Below are positions 29,537 through 39,811 of a stretch of 64,000 nt of DNA, in pieces. Every line of letters begins with the position of its first letter. The first letter of the stretch is position 1. The notes below the pieces were generated by a model. That model saw only the letters and a list, made by a program, of their open reading frames with translations, made no database searches and had not been told where the DNA came from. The stretch covers positions 128,001 through 192,000 of the forward strand of contig JAEOTO010000031.1 in NCBI GenBank assembly GCA_016839805.1. The letters are read 5' to 3'. The position numbers and the translations under genes are program-made. This DNA is from Candidatus Hermodarchaeota archaeon (lineage in GTDB: Archaea; Asgardarchaeota; Hermodarchaeia; Hermodarchaeales; Hermodarchaeaceae).

Positions 29537-30034
29537 ATGGCTAAAGAAGAAAAACCCCCAAAGAAGCCCACGAAGAAAGAAGGCAAAATGATGGCTGAAA
29601 TTGAGAAGGCTATGGGTGATGATTTCATCTCCTCAGAATTCCTACGAGAACATAGTATCTATGTGACCGTTAAAGCAGAAGCCGTACGTAAAGCCGTTGA
29701 CTGGATGAAGCAAGAATGGGGCCTTACCCACTTATCGACCATCACGGGCATGGATTTACGCGGAGAACTTGCGGTCATTTACCATTTTGAAGTCAAATCC
29801 GTCTCAGTGAGTTTGCGTATTCAAGTCCCAACATCACATGCCGAAGTGGATTCGATTACACCCCTCATTCCTGGTGCGACCCTCTATGAACGCGAGGTTC
29901 ATGATCTCCTTGGCGTCAAATTCAAGGGACACCCCAATCTCAAGCGACTGATTCTCCCTGAGGACTTTCCAAAGGATACTTATCCTCTGCGCAAAGATTG
30001 GGAATCGCCACGGTTAGATAAACCTGACAAATAG
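29537..30034 (+). CDS. nuoC: NuoC-like subunit
   Basis: HLSTITGMD, YEREVHDLLGVKFKGHPNLKRL, YPLRKD. Confidence 0.92.
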   Translation: MAKEEKPPKKPTKKEGKMMAEIEKAMGDDFISSEFLREHSIYVTVKAEAVRKAVDWMKQEWGLTHLSTITGMDLRGELAVIYHFEVKSVSVSLRIQVPTSHAEVDSITPLIPGATLYEREVHDLLGVKFKGHPNLKRLILPEDFPKDTYPLRKDWESPRLDKPDK

Positions 30035-30120
30035 TCAAGACTCCGAATTTCTTCACTTTCAGAATCTTGAAAAGAACTGCATAGTGAGAAAGGGAACTCT
30101 ATTTGGTTGAGTTGGACTAT

Positions 30121-30969
30121 CTACTTTGGTTGTTTTGGTTTATCAGCGAGCTTTGTTTTCGTACCGATAGTGCCGTCATCAAAGTGTGGTGTCCGGTAGA
30201 GACTATCGCCATATTTTTCGATTTCACGGGCTTCGTCAGCTAAAAGGGCTGCTGTACGCATCATCTCATGGGCACTCGCCACAGTTGGGATGTATTTTGC
30301 ATGTTCTTTTTGTTTGAAGCAGCCTTTGACTGCAATTGGTGCCACAGCTTTAGCCATTTCATATGCCGCCATTGCCTTAACCAGGGCATAGGGGTTGGTG
30401 AAATTTCCTGCATCAATTGCTTTTGTAGCGTTAATCACAAGAGTAGGCAGTATTGGTGTTTTTCCTGCAATGATGGTTGCCACAACTTCATCTAATGCGA
30501 GTTGGACAGCTCTGAGGGCTCCTGTTGCAGCTAATACGCGTATAACATCCGCGTTAAATAACGCCATTTCTGTCGGATCAAGGAATTCTCTACGAGCTCC
30601 AATCATAGAATCAGCAGGAATTAAGATGTAACCATACCCTTCACCTGCCAAGGCTTCGCGTTGGTCTTTTGGTAACAGATCTGACAATAGGATAACAGGA
30701 ATTCCTGCGTCTTTGATTAGTTCTCTGGCTTTTGCTGGTCCTTTGAGTGCGGCATTAGGACTCGGAATAAGTACAAGATGTGGTTTTTGTTCGATGAGAA
30801 GTTGTGCGCTTCGTGAGGCTACTTCTTCATTCATTTTAGCCCCAGCGCCGATCAACACAACATCGAAGTTTTCGCGTTCAGCCCGTTCGTCAAAGAGAAG
30901 CTCGATTAGGGGTGATGTTCCAATATTACCTAATTTTAATACGCCAAGAAGGAAGGTTGTTGAACTCAT
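30121..30969 (-). CDS. mtd: F420-dependent methylene-H4MPT dehydrogenase
   Basis: KLGNIG, DERAER, SPNAA..GP, DSMIGARREFLDPTEMALFN, AHEMMR, RTPH. Confidence 0.95.
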   Translation of the reverse strand: MSSTTFLLGVLKLGNIGTSPLIELLFDERAERENFDVVLIGAGAKMNEEVASRSAQLLIEQKPHLVLIPSPNAALKGPAKARELIKDAGIPVILLSDLLPKDQREALAGEGYGYILIPADSMIGARREFLDPTEMALFNADVIRVLAATGALRAVQLALDEVVATIIAGKTPILPTLVINATKAIDAGNFTNPYALVKAMAAYEMAKAVAPIAVKGCFKQKEHAKYIPTVASAHEMMRTAALLADEAREIEKYGDSLYRTPHFDDGTIGTKTKLADKPKQPK

Positions 30970-31082
30970 ATTAAGAACACCATTGAGTATCAATTCGCTA
31001 ATGGAAGTGGCTGGTTCTGGCGTGGTTTACCGACAAAAATGTTTACTTTCAGGTGAGTAAAGTGCAAATTATGATGGCTGGG

Positions 31083-32120
31083 TCATTTCGGATTGATTTT
31101 TGGTGCTGCAATTCGACGCAAACGTTCGAGACTTTCACTATCAATTTCTTCATGTAGAAACTGACCTGCCTTAATCAGATTCTCAATGATTATCTGCCCT
31201 TGCTCACTTCGGGCAAGCACTGTCGACCATTTCCCAGGTGTTCCTGCACCTCCAACAGAGATATCAGCAAAGTCAGACGCGAAATCTCTGCAAGGATGGC
31301 AACCAGGATCGACCCAGGCTTGAGCTTCTTTGAGGGGTATTTTTAAGGACTCTTTGGCTCCGCGTGGATAAACGAGAAGTTTACCCTTGATGTCGAGTTT
31401 TCGAAGGTTTTCCAATGGAATACCAAGTTCGTCTACGATTTTTTGTTGCATCAACTCTTCAAATTTGAAAGTTTCACTACAGAAGAGCCCAATAGTAAAC
31501 ACAACTGTTCGATCGATTTTCTTCAGTGGTGCTAATCGCATTAGTTGTATACCCTGAATATGACAAGGCGTGCCAACAACAGCCACTTGTTTAAGTTTTC
31601 GCTCCTTCAAGGCTTCTCTTAGTGCCACAAGATTAGGTGAACGAGTGTAACGGGATTTGGAGGCTGCAAGAATTTCCTTTCGTGATGTAGCCACTTGGGG
31701 CATGGGCTTCCATGGCTCATCACAATTGACACCAGAAATGATTGCACCCTCAATCTTGCCCTCCTCTAAAAGATGAATAAGAATCCCTGTCACAACTCCC
31801 CCATCTTGGGATCGTTTGCGTACAGATTCATCAGCATTCCGGAGAGCATAGGCTTGTCGGTACACCCCCAAGAAAGGATCCCTCCTCGCGTCTTCCCCAA
31901 AGACATGTTCATAAATTGGTCCATAATCATCGATCATGCGTGGACACGCTTTCCAACAAAACTCGCACTTGGTACAGTCTTTCACTAACGTTGGATGGAG
32001 ATCTTGAAGTTCGATAGCACCAATGGGACAAGCCGCTTCACAACCGCCACAACTACAACATTTTCCTATATCAATCACATTTGCCTTTAGATGCTCGAAC
32101 CCGAGCTTTTCCTTAGCCAT
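31083..32120 (-). CDS. F420 hydrogenase/dehydrogenase beta subunit with N-terminal 2x[4Fe-4S] domain (FpoF/FrhB-like)
   Basis: CCSCGGCEAACP, CTKCEFCWKACP, QDGGVVT, VGTPC, GLFC, C..CRDF..DFADISVG. Confidence 0.9.
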   Translation of the reverse strand: MAKEKLGFEHLKANVIDIGKCCSCGGCEAACPIGAIELQDLHPTLVKDCTKCEFCWKACPRMIDDYGPIYEHVFGEDARRDPFLGVYRQAYALRNADESVRKRSQDGGVVTGILIHLLEEGKIEGAIISGVNCDEPWKPMPQVATSRKEILAASKSRYTRSPNLVALREALKERKLKQVAVVGTPCHIQGIQLMRLAPLKKIDRTVVFTIGLFCSETFKFEELMQQKIVDELGIPLENLRKLDIKGKLLVYPRGAKESLKIPLKEAQAWVDPGCHPCRDFASDFADISVGGAGTPGKWSTVLARSEQGQIIIENLIKAGQFLHEEIDSESLERLRRIAAPKINPK

Positions 32121-32199
32121 TCTAATCACCACTTTCAAGTAATCGTAATGCAGACAAAAAGGGTATCTGACTACTTAAGCTTGACAGCCATCCTAACTA

Positions 32200-32649
32200 C
32201 TAGTCTTCTTGCAGGATGTTTGGCTTGACATGCAATTTACAGGCAAGAGATCGGGATACTTGACAATATTTCTCGGTGAGTGACACTGCTCGTTCAACTT
32301 GAGACAGATTCGCTTCCTTTGGCACAGTTATGTTCATGGTTACGTAGATATCGGTAAAATGCCAACCCCCTTCCGGATGCTTATGAAGCACCGCACGACC
32401 AGTTGCTTGATGAGCTTTTAATGGCTGTTGCATCCGTTTCATTAGAGTCGCAAAGGTTGTGATATAACACCCTGCGATAGCCGAAATGAAAAGATCCTGA
32501 GGCGAATAGATTCCAGGTTTACCCTCCCACTGGGTTGGGGAGGTGAGGGGTAATGAGGGTTTTCCATCTATACTAATATCACCTTCGTGACCACCGGTCC
32601 AAATAACCTTCGCATTAAATTCATGAGTCTCAGAGATGTCGTTACCCAT
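32200..32649 (-). CDS. OsmC/Ohr family protein
   Basis: SPQDLFISAIAGC and EKYCQVSRSL. Confidence 0.88.
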   Translation of the reverse strand: MGNDISETHEFNAKVIWTGGHEGDISIDGKPSLPLTSPTQWEGKPGIYSPQDLFISAIAGCYITTFATLMKRMQQPLKAHQATGRAVLHKHPEGGWHFTDIYVTMNITVPKEANLSQVERAVSLTEKYCQVSRSLACKLHVKPNILQED

Positions 32650-32803
32650 AGAGAGTCCTCGTGCAGCCCAGAATCAGCTGAGCTTTTTAGCTGTTCGGGA
32701 GATTCAAAACTCTTGGAAGATGCAACTGCGAAAGAAGTATTAGGTATCCCGTGACACACAACCATGTAATCTTGAAAACAATAAGGAAATGAGTGAATCA
32801 TAA

Positions 32804-33925
32804 ATGACCGGCAGTTTCGCTAACATGGATCCCTTACAAGTCCAAAAGGGTTATCGGGACCCCAAACTGGTCCAACAAGCAGCACAAAAAATCAAACAGC
32901 TAGCCAAGGATCGAACCTTCCGGTTTATGCATTTATGCGGAACTCACGAATATACAATCACCCATTCCGGTATCCGGGATTTCTTACCTAAGAACGTGGA
33001 GTTGCTGGCCGGACCTGGTTGCCCAGTCTGCATTTGCCCCCCAGAAGATGTGGCTTCAGCTATTGCGATTGCATCTGAGCCCAACGCGTTATTAACAACG
33101 TTTGGCGATATGATGCGCGTACCTGCAGGCGATCTAGGTTCTTTGAATTCAGCCCGAAGTCATGGAGCGAAAATTCAAGTTGTTTACAGCATGATGGATG
33201 CGATTATCGCAGCAAAGGAACATCCCAACAAAGAAGTCGTGCACTTTGCTATCGGCTTTGAAACAACTACTCCACCTACTGCTGCTGAACTATTAGGTGA
33301 TCCCCCAAAGAATTTCAGCGTTCTTGTGAGCCATCGGCTCATTCCACCAGCAGAGGTGTTTCTTCTCGAACAAGGAGAGGTAGGTATAGACGGGTTCTTA
33401 TGCCCCGGTCATGTTAGTGTGATTACGGGTGTTCAAGCGTATCTCCAAATATCAAAGCAGTATAAGGTCCCTCAAGTAATTGCAGGATTTGAACCACTTG
33501 ATGTTTTATTGGGGACTATAATGCTCTTACGCCAAGTGGTGGAAGGGAGAGGTGAAGTAGAAAACGAGTACACTCGAGCAGTGACCTTTGAAGGAAATGT
33601 TCATGCCCGTGAAATGATTGACCAAGTATTTGAACAGGTGGATGCGCGATGGCGTGGAATTGGTTTGATTCCTGAATCGGGTTTGGCTCTACGTGAAAAC
33701 TACATGATGTTTGATGCTCGAAATCGATTTGAAATCGAGGTTGAACCACAGAAATTTGAAATGCCTCCAGGATGCAAATGCGGCGAAGTACTTCGTGGAG
33801 TAATGCGTCCAGAAGAGTGCCCCTTGTTTGCCTCAAAGTGTACGCCCGATAATCCCATTGGACCCTGTATGGTATCTATGGAGGGGACTTGCAACGTTGT
33901 GTACGGGGCTCAACCCCTTCCTTAG
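32804..33925 (+). CDS. hypD: [NiFe]-hydrogenase maturation protein HypD
   Basis: CGTHE, GPGCPVC, GFETT, PGHVS, CMVS.EG.C. Confidence 0.96.
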   Translation: MTGSFANMDPLQVQKGYRDPKLVQQAAQKIKQLAKDRTFRFMHLCGTHEYTITHSGIRDFLPKNVELLAGPGCPVCICPPEDVASAIAIASEPNALLTTFGDMMRVPAGDLGSLNSARSHGAKIQVVYSMMDAIIAAKEHPNKEVVHFAIGFETTTPPTAAELLGDPPKNFSVLVSHRLIPPAEVFLLEQGEVGIDGFLCPGHVSVITGVQAYLQISKQYKVPQVIAGFEPLDVLLGTIMLLRQVVEGRGEVENEYTRAVTFEGNVHAREMIDQVFEQVDARWRGIGLIPESGLALRENYMMFDARNRFEIEVEPQKFEMPPGCKCGEVLRGVMRPEECPLFASKCTPDNPIGPCMVSMEGTCNVVYGAQPLP

Positions 33926-34262
33926 CCATGACAAGCGTTTCATTAATTACAGATTCGTGAAATCCCGGGCTAGCAAGCCATTGGGCAGCCATTTCTTCAA
34001 CTTCAGAGACTTTCTTTCTTAGGTAACGATCGATAATGACCTCACGGTTAATATTAGGAATACCGTGGTTTTCCCAAAATGGTGCGGTGAGTTTGGGTGT
34101 CAATATTAGTGGGTTTGTCTGATCACGTTTTTCTTGTAAGGCAAATCGAGCTAGCTGGGCTGCGAGTAGTTTGGTATCAGTTTTATGAATTCGTCCGCGA
34201 ACCCATATTCGGCAGTTGGCTCGACCTTGACAATCGCCACGAGCGATTGGGCAAAATCCCAC
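33876..34262 (-). CDS. Hypothetical protein with N-terminal Cys cluster
   Basis: GGTGA RBS before GTG; CPIARGDC...C..W; 3' end overlaps hypD. Confidence 0.45.
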   Translation of the reverse strand: MGFCPIARGDCQGRANCRIWVRGRIHKTDTKLLAAQLARFALQEKRDQTNPLILTPKLTAPFWENHGIPNINREVIIDRYLRKKVSEVEEMAAQWLASPGFHESVINETLVMAKEGVEPRTQRCKSPP

Positions 34263-34345
34263 GTTTCGTCACCAGAAATTGATATATCGTGGCTTGGGCT
34301 TAAGCTTGAGTGGCTTAAACCTTTTGGTTCGACGGGTAGCCCGTA

Positions 34346-35263
34346 TTAACCAATTGGCCAATAAATATCTTCAGAGGCGGTTGTTGCTTCTGCGAGGTCA
34401 CGCATTAGTGTCATTAGGGTGAAGAGGTCATAGTTGATACCTTCGCCAATAGTAACATAGCGTTCAGCTTCGCTAGTAAATGCAAGTTCGGGAGACCAGT
34501 TGGCTGGCCAAGAGGGCACAGTTTCAAGCTGAATCATAGTCTTGGATAGTCCTGTGGCATAGGTAACGAGTAGGGGGATTATTGGAAGATGGAGGAGATA
34601 GCTTTCCGGGCGAAGGATATCATCAACGCCACTCCGGACGACTTGTAAGGGTGGAAAGAAGCGTTTGCCCACCTCATTTTCGATGGGAAAAGTTATGATC
34701 TGTCTTAGCGTGGCTTCATCTTGTGGATGCAGTGACCGTGTTTCCAACGATTCTCGTAATAACACTGCTGCGGTGATGAGATCATTAGGTTTTGTGATAT
34801 TATCTGGAAGAGTGGGAGCAGGTCCACGATGAATGTTGAAGGCACCTTCGGGATTGAACCCCGCAGGCGTTATTCCAGGGTGACTCTGATCTAGTGTAAG
34901 CCATAGGGCAAAAGGAAAAATTGGTGGTTGTTCGGTAAAAACAGTGAGTTTCAGTTTGTTTGAGAAGGGACGAGTTAAAAATAAGGTATCAAATGGATTC
35001 TTTGAGGAAAGAGGAACCACGAGTGTGAATCCTCCAAAATCAATGGGCTTGGGCGTTTTCCCTCGCATTTCCATGTCAATGGCTGCTTCAGAATGATCCT
35101 TAATCCGATCGAAGGCGTTGGGCATAAGCAGTAGTTCAGGTTTATTAGTCGAATAGGGTTCAAGTTGCGCGAGGAGTGAAGTAAGAAGTTGATTATGTTG
35201 AGTAGTAGCCACTCGGTCAAGCAGTGTAAATAATCTCGAATTGTCTTTTCGCAGATGTTCCAT
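34346..35263 (-). CDS. Hypothetical protein
   Basis: 305-aa ORF 31 nt downstream of AOR, same strand; no family recognised. Confidence 0.65.
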   Translation of the reverse strand: MEHLRKDNSRLFTLLDRVATTQHNQLLTSLLAQLEPYSTNKPELLLMPNAFDRIKDHSEAAIDMEMRGKTPKPIDFGGFTLVVPLSSKNPFDTLFLTRPFSNKLKLTVFTEQPPIFPFALWLTLDQSHPGITPAGFNPEGAFNIHRGPAPTLPDNITKPNDLITAAVLLRESLETRSLHPQDEATLRQIITFPIENEVGKRFFPPLQVVRSGVDDILRPESYLLHLPIIPLLVTYATGLSKTMIQLETVPSWPANWSPELAFTSEAERYVTIGEGINYDLFTLMTLMRDLAEATTASEDIYWPIG

Positions 35264-35294
35264 TATCCTAGCCTACTCAGATACGCATGAATTG

Positions 35295-37139
35295 CTACTT
35301 ATCTAACTTGTCGAGTCCCACTTTTTTAAGGGCAGCGGCAGATGGACGTCCAGTCTTCTGGTCCCAGTTTCGGTATCTATAGTAGTCTTTGAGTTGACGA
35401 GAAAGATTGGGAACCAAACCACGAGTAGGACCCTCTAAAGGACGGAGTAGGAGTGGTGGAAGTGTATCGTCACTTGCAATGAAACCTAATTTTAGATTTA
35501 GCAGTCGTTTGAGTGTGATGATGCGTTCACCGATATCTAACAGGTCCTGAGGTGATGCAGAAACTCCAGTAACTAGCGAATAAAACTGAGCAACCTCTGT
35601 GGGAGTATACGTGGCAAAGATACAGATATTGAGAGAGTTCGTTACCATTCGCCAATTTTGTGTACGGGCTACCAGTTCACCCATCCCTTCATCACTTTGC
35701 GGATCATCTGCATCAATTCCTAGCTCCGGAATTACCTGGCCAGCTAGTACCCAATAAATATCAGCATCAAGATGACACCCGCCCCGTGGACTAGTTGCAT
35801 ACATCGCTGCATTTCCAAAAAGAGATCTAACGCCCCAACAGGCAACTTCAAGGCCTTTAACATGAACAGCATCGTCTGAAGCATTATATCGTTCACCAAT
35901 AGCACGAACTCCCTCAGCCAAGATATCACCAAAACCTTCACGTACAGCGATTTGTTTGATTAGAGTAATCTGTGGATCCGGGTCACCCCATTTCAGATCC
36001 ATCCCAACCTCTTTCGTGGATAATTTTCCTTGGTCCATCAGATAATAGGCAAAACCGATAGCTGTGCCACAGCTAATCGTGTCCATTCCCAACTCGTCGC
36101 AAAGATGAGCTGCATAGGTTACAGCTTCGAGATCATCGCAGAGAATCATCGAACCCAGTGCGCCAAGAGTTTCATATTCGGGTCCACTTGTTCGAGGGAT
36201 TTTGTATTTCCCTTTAGGAATTTCGACAACGCGACCACAACGTATTGGGCAAAGGTAACAACCACTGGTTCCAACCAAAATGGTTTCAGCCATTGTAGCT
36301 CCACTAATACTATCATAGGTTGGAAATTCGCTGGTCGTCCAGTATTTGTTTGGCATCGAACCTACTTCTTGGCTATGACCGACAAATGCGGCAGTGCCTA
36401 ATTCTTTGTATAAGCTAACTTGGAAGTCTTCCATTAGAACTTTCATAGCAGTTCGGATTAAATCCTGGAGTTCGTCAGGTTTCGCCACGGGAACTGGCGT
36501 ATCACCGATAGCCACAATTGCTTTGAGATTCTTACTTCCCATTACCGCTCCTAATCCCATTCGACCCGCAGTGCGACCACCTTCTGTCATGATACTAGCA
36601 AATTTCACTAAATTTTCTCCTGCAGGTCCAATTACTAGAGTGGCCATTCGTTTTTCATCATAATCTTTGTGAAGCTGTGTAATGGTTTCAGTGACGTGAA
36701 GAGTCCATAACCTAAGTTTTTCTTGCAAAGTGACTTGACCATTCTGAATTGTGAGAAGCATAGGTTGAGCTGCTCGACCCTTGATGAGTACACCATCATA
36801 TCCTGCATGACGAAGACGCGCCCCAATATCACCACCAATATTGCATTCCCCCCATAATCCAGTTAAAGGAGACTTGGCACAAATACTGAGCCGCCCACAT
36901 AGAGGAACTCGAGTTCCGGTTAATGGTCCAGCAAGAAGCAAGAGCGGATTATCGGGTCCAAGGGGATCTAACTCCTTTGAGAGCAAGGGGTATAACATCC
37001 TTGCAGCTAATCCGGCTCCACCGATATATTGTCGGGCCCAATCAAGTGGTGTTGATGACTCTTTGAGAGTTCCTGTGGTAAGATCAACATGGAGTATTTT
37101 TCCCGTGTAACCGTAACTATCCTTTTTCGTCAACATCAT
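35295..37139 (-). CDS. aor: Aldehyde:ferredoxin oxidoreductase family (W/Mo-pterin)
   Basis: KSPLTG, IGPAGEN, AGRMGLGAVMGSKNLKA, CYLCPIRC, GPEYET, DELGMDTIS. Confidence 0.95.
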   Translation of the reverse strand: MMLTKKDSYGYTGKILHVDLTTGTLKESSTPLDWARQYIGGAGLAARMLYPLLSKELDPLGPDNPLLLLAGPLTGTRVPLCGRLSICAKSPLTGLWGECNIGGDIGARLRHAGYDGVLIKGRAAQPMLLTIQNGQVTLQEKLRLWTLHVTETITQLHKDYDEKRMATLVIGPAGENLVKFASIMTEGGRTAGRMGLGAVMGSKNLKAIVAIGDTPVPVAKPDELQDLIRTAMKVLMEDFQVSLYKELGTAAFVGHSQEVGSMPNKYWTTSEFPTYDSISGATMAETILVGTSGCYLCPIRCGRVVEIPKGKYKIPRTSGPEYETLGALGSMILCDDLEAVTYAAHLCDELGMDTISCGTAIGFAYYLMDQGKLSTKEVGMDLKWGDPDPQITLIKQIAVREGFGDILAEGVRAIGERYNASDDAVHVKGLEVACWGVRSLFGNAAMYATSPRGGCHLDADIYWVLAGQVIPELGIDADDPQSDEGMGELVARTQNWRMVTNSLNICIFATYTPTEVAQFYSLVTGVSASPQDLLDIGERIITLKRLLNLKLGFIASDDTLPPLLLRPLEGPTRGLVPNLSRQLKDYYRYRNWDQKTGRPSAAALKKVGLDKLDK

Positions 37140-37170
37140 AACCTCTTTACGCAGGATTGTTTTGTGGGAT

Positions 37171-38340
37171 TTAGAAATCGATGGATTTTCCTTCATACAT
37201 ATAGTGCCAAAAACGTTCCATATCTTCAGTGGTGGGTTCTCTGCAATTGAAGATGTTTACAGCAGATTCAGATGTCAGGCGAACCAAATCATCAAAGTTC
37301 TTATCGAACTTTTCCTTTGATATCCCATATTCTTTGAGACTTCGAGGAACCTCCATCTCCTTCATAATTTTGACAACTTTATTGCGTAACTTGATAGTTG
37401 CCGTTTTGTCATCATCGCTTGAATCAGCAGCCCCGACAGCTCGTGCGAGTTCTCCATAAAGATTGGAGTGAGTCTTCATTGCGTATTCGATCGAATAAGG
37501 GAGAACTATTCCTACGGTAATTCCATGAGGTATTTTGAAGACGGCTCCCATGGCATGACCAAATGAGTGGGTGATGCCGAGGAAGGAATTACTCCATGCA
37601 AGTCCACTGATCGTTGCAGCATTGTGGAGTTTTTCACGTGCCTCTGAATCCTCAGGATTTTCATAAACACGAGGAAGGTATTCGAAAATCATACGTGTAC
37701 TGTGAATAGCTAAACCATTACTGAAATCGTTGCGCCATTGAACCGTATATCCGTCAATTGCTTGTGCTAGCGCATCCATTCCGGAGGATGCAATAACTTT
37801 AGGAGGTAAGGATTTCGTGAGGACAGGATCTAAAATAGAAACATACGGTATCAAGACAGGATGGTTGAGTTCCATTTTGTAATTTTCCTTACTATTTGTG
37901 ATAACTGCTGATGCAGTTGCATCAGAACCTGTTCCGGAAGTCGTAGGGATGGCGATCAGAGTCGTTTTCTTAATGGTTATTGGTGTCAGCGGCATAATTT
38001 CAAGCATAGGGAGATCAGGATGTTCAAACAGAACTTGGGTCACTTTGGCCACATCAAGAACTGAGCCACCACCTAACCCAATGATAAGGTCAGGATTGAA
38101 TTTCTGAGCTATTTTTAAACTCTCATATACTACGTCTTCTGGCGGTTCAGGAGTCACACCATCGAAATAAGCTACTTCTTTTCCACTTTCTTTGAGTTTC
38201 TCCATCACTAAATCCAAAAAGCCCAATTTGACAATTGTATTATCTGTCACAACGAAGGCACGGTGTCCTTCGATTTCCTTTAGATAATCTAAGGCTCCTT
38301 CACCAAATGCGAAGACCCGTGGAGAACGGAAATACCACAC
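37171..38340 (-). CDS. Iron-containing alcohol dehydrogenase
   Basis: GGGSVLDVAK, IPTTSGTGS, GMDAL, GITHSFGH...PHG. Confidence 0.93.
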   Translation of the reverse strand: MWYFRSPRVFAFGEGALDYLKEIEGHRAFVVTDNTIVKLGFLDLVMEKLKESGKEVAYFDGVTPEPPEDVVYESLKIAQKFNPDLIIGLGGGSVLDVAKVTQVLFEHPDLPMLEIMPLTPITIKKTTLIAIPTTSGTGSDATASAVITNSKENYKMELNHPVLIPYVSILDPVLTKSLPPKVIASSGMDALAQAIDGYTVQWRNDFSNGLAIHSTRMIFEYLPRVYENPEDSEAREKLHNAATISGLAWSNSFLGITHSFGHAMGAVFKIPHGITVGIVLPYSIEYAMKTHSNLYGELARAVGAADSSDDDKTATIKLRNKVVKIMKEMEVPRSLKEYGISKEKFDKNFDDLVRLTSESAVNIFNCREPTTEDMERFWHYMYEGKSIDF

Positions 38341-38443
38341 TTTGAATAGACCTCCAAGTTAGAGCCAATAAGGAACTGTTCTAGGAACACTTATTGAAGT
38401 TCATCTCAAAACCAATAATCAGTTCTAATAGAAAAGTAATAGG

Positions 38444-38464
38444 GATGGGGGACGAATCCCCATC
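38444..38464 (-). terminator. Stem-loop downstream of SCP2 gene
   Basis: GATGGGG-gacgaat-CCCCATC followed by T-rich tract on minus strand. Confidence 0.45.
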
Positions 38465-38476
38465 TGCTAATTGTTT

Positions 38477-38884
38477 CTATAGGAACTCCGTTTTGATCAT
38501 CTGGGCTGTTCGAACAAGCTCTTTTGCAGCACGCGTAGCCCGCATAACCTTCGCACGGTCACCAATTAGTTTCATTTTACGTGTGAGTAAAGCTTTGATG
38601 GGATCCAAGCGACCTTCAATGATTTCTTTCCAATTTGCGTATTCGCCCTCATAGACGAAAGCCGTCTCCTTTGCATCACGATTTGGTAACATTTCATACC
38701 CACGACACTTTCCATGCCACAGATCCATCCACATCACAAGCTCCTCATCTATCTCAAGGTCTTTGTTGGGCCAGACGATGAAGAGGAAGTCACCTTCCCA
38801 TGTTGCAGCAGCGTCTGCATATGCTTCATTTTCGTTGAGTGTTGTGACAAAGGCTTCTAGCCATTCTGGGGTTCCAAATTCCAT
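38477..38884 (-). CDS. SCP2 sterol/lipid-binding domain protein
   Basis: FGTPEW...LNENEAY..AA..WEG, W..II.G.LDPIKAL..RKMKLIGD. Confidence 0.88.
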   Translation of the reverse strand: MEFGTPEWLEAFVTTLNENEAYADAAATWEGDFLFIVWPNKDLEIDEELVMWMDLWHGKCRGYEMLPNRDAKETAFVYEGEYANWKEIIEGRLDPIKALLTRKMKLIGDRAKVMRATRAAKELVRTAQMIKTEFL

Positions 38885-39024
38885 TTTATTCACCGGTCGT
38901 TTCATTGAATGCATTGATTAGATGAATCTGGGTTTAAATCTGGTCGTGACGTTCAAAAAAAATCATCCAAATTTCTTAATACTTAGTCATTGAAAGTATT
39001 AGTTGCCTTGTGAGTTGATATAGA

Positions 39025-39783
39025 ATGTCAAAATATACGATTGTTCAAATCTCTGATCTTCACATAGGTGAAGCGAGTTACCGGCGTGACATGGTTGTTA
39101 CCGCAATCGAGGAAATTAATGAAATAAAACCCAATCTCGTTGTGGTTTGTGGAGACTTGACATGGAATGCGATACGTGAACAGTTTTTAGAAGCTCGTGA
39201 TTTACTGCAAAATATTGACTCCCCACAAATAGTAACGATGGGAAATCATGATGCGTTTAATGTTGGATATCTAACCTTTGAGGAACTCTTTGGTCCACGG
39301 TATGCAGAATACCAGGATGAAAGTGTCTTTGTGATGGCGGTGGATAGCTCCGAGCCAGATTTAAACACTGGACATGTCGGCAGAGAGGGACGGGGATTTA
39401 TTGATCAAGCCTTTTCTAAGGCGGATGAGAAACTCTTGAAGATATTTGCACTGCATCATCATCTTGTCCCAGTACCACGGTCAGGTCGTGAAAGAGATAG
39501 TATGGTTGATGCCGGTGATATGCTTGAATTATTAATGCACAAAGGAGTGAGTTTGGTGTTGAGTGGGCATCGGCACTATCCATGGTTATGGCGGCTTGAA
39601 AATATGGTATTATCCTACTCAGGAACCTGTGGCAGTCCACGATTACGTGGCAGTCCTTGTCAAAACTACAATATCATTAAAATCGATAAAAACAATATCG
39701 AGATTTCAACCAAGTTAATTGGTGGACCCACGCGACGCCGTGGGAAATATCGATGGGGCAAAAGGGGAATTACTTCAGGTTAA
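39025..39783 (+). CDS. Calcineurin-like metallophosphoesterase (Icc/CpdA-like)
   Basis: SDLH, GDL, GNHD, HHH, GHRH. Confidence 0.92.
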   Translation: MSKYTIVQISDLHIGEASYRRDMVVTAIEEINEIKPNLVVVCGDLTWNAIREQFLEARDLLQNIDSPQIVTMGNHDAFNVGYLTFEELFGPRYAEYQDESVFVMAVDSSEPDLNTGHVGREGRGFIDQAFSKADEKLLKIFALHHHLVPVPRSGRERDSMVDAGDMLELLMHKGVSLVLSGHRHYPWLWRLENMVLSYSGTCGSPRLRGSPCQNYNIIKIDKNNIEISTKLIGGPTRRRGKYRWGKRGITSG

Positions 39784-39811
39784 AAAAAATCTGATGAGGA
39801 AGGGTTAGAAC

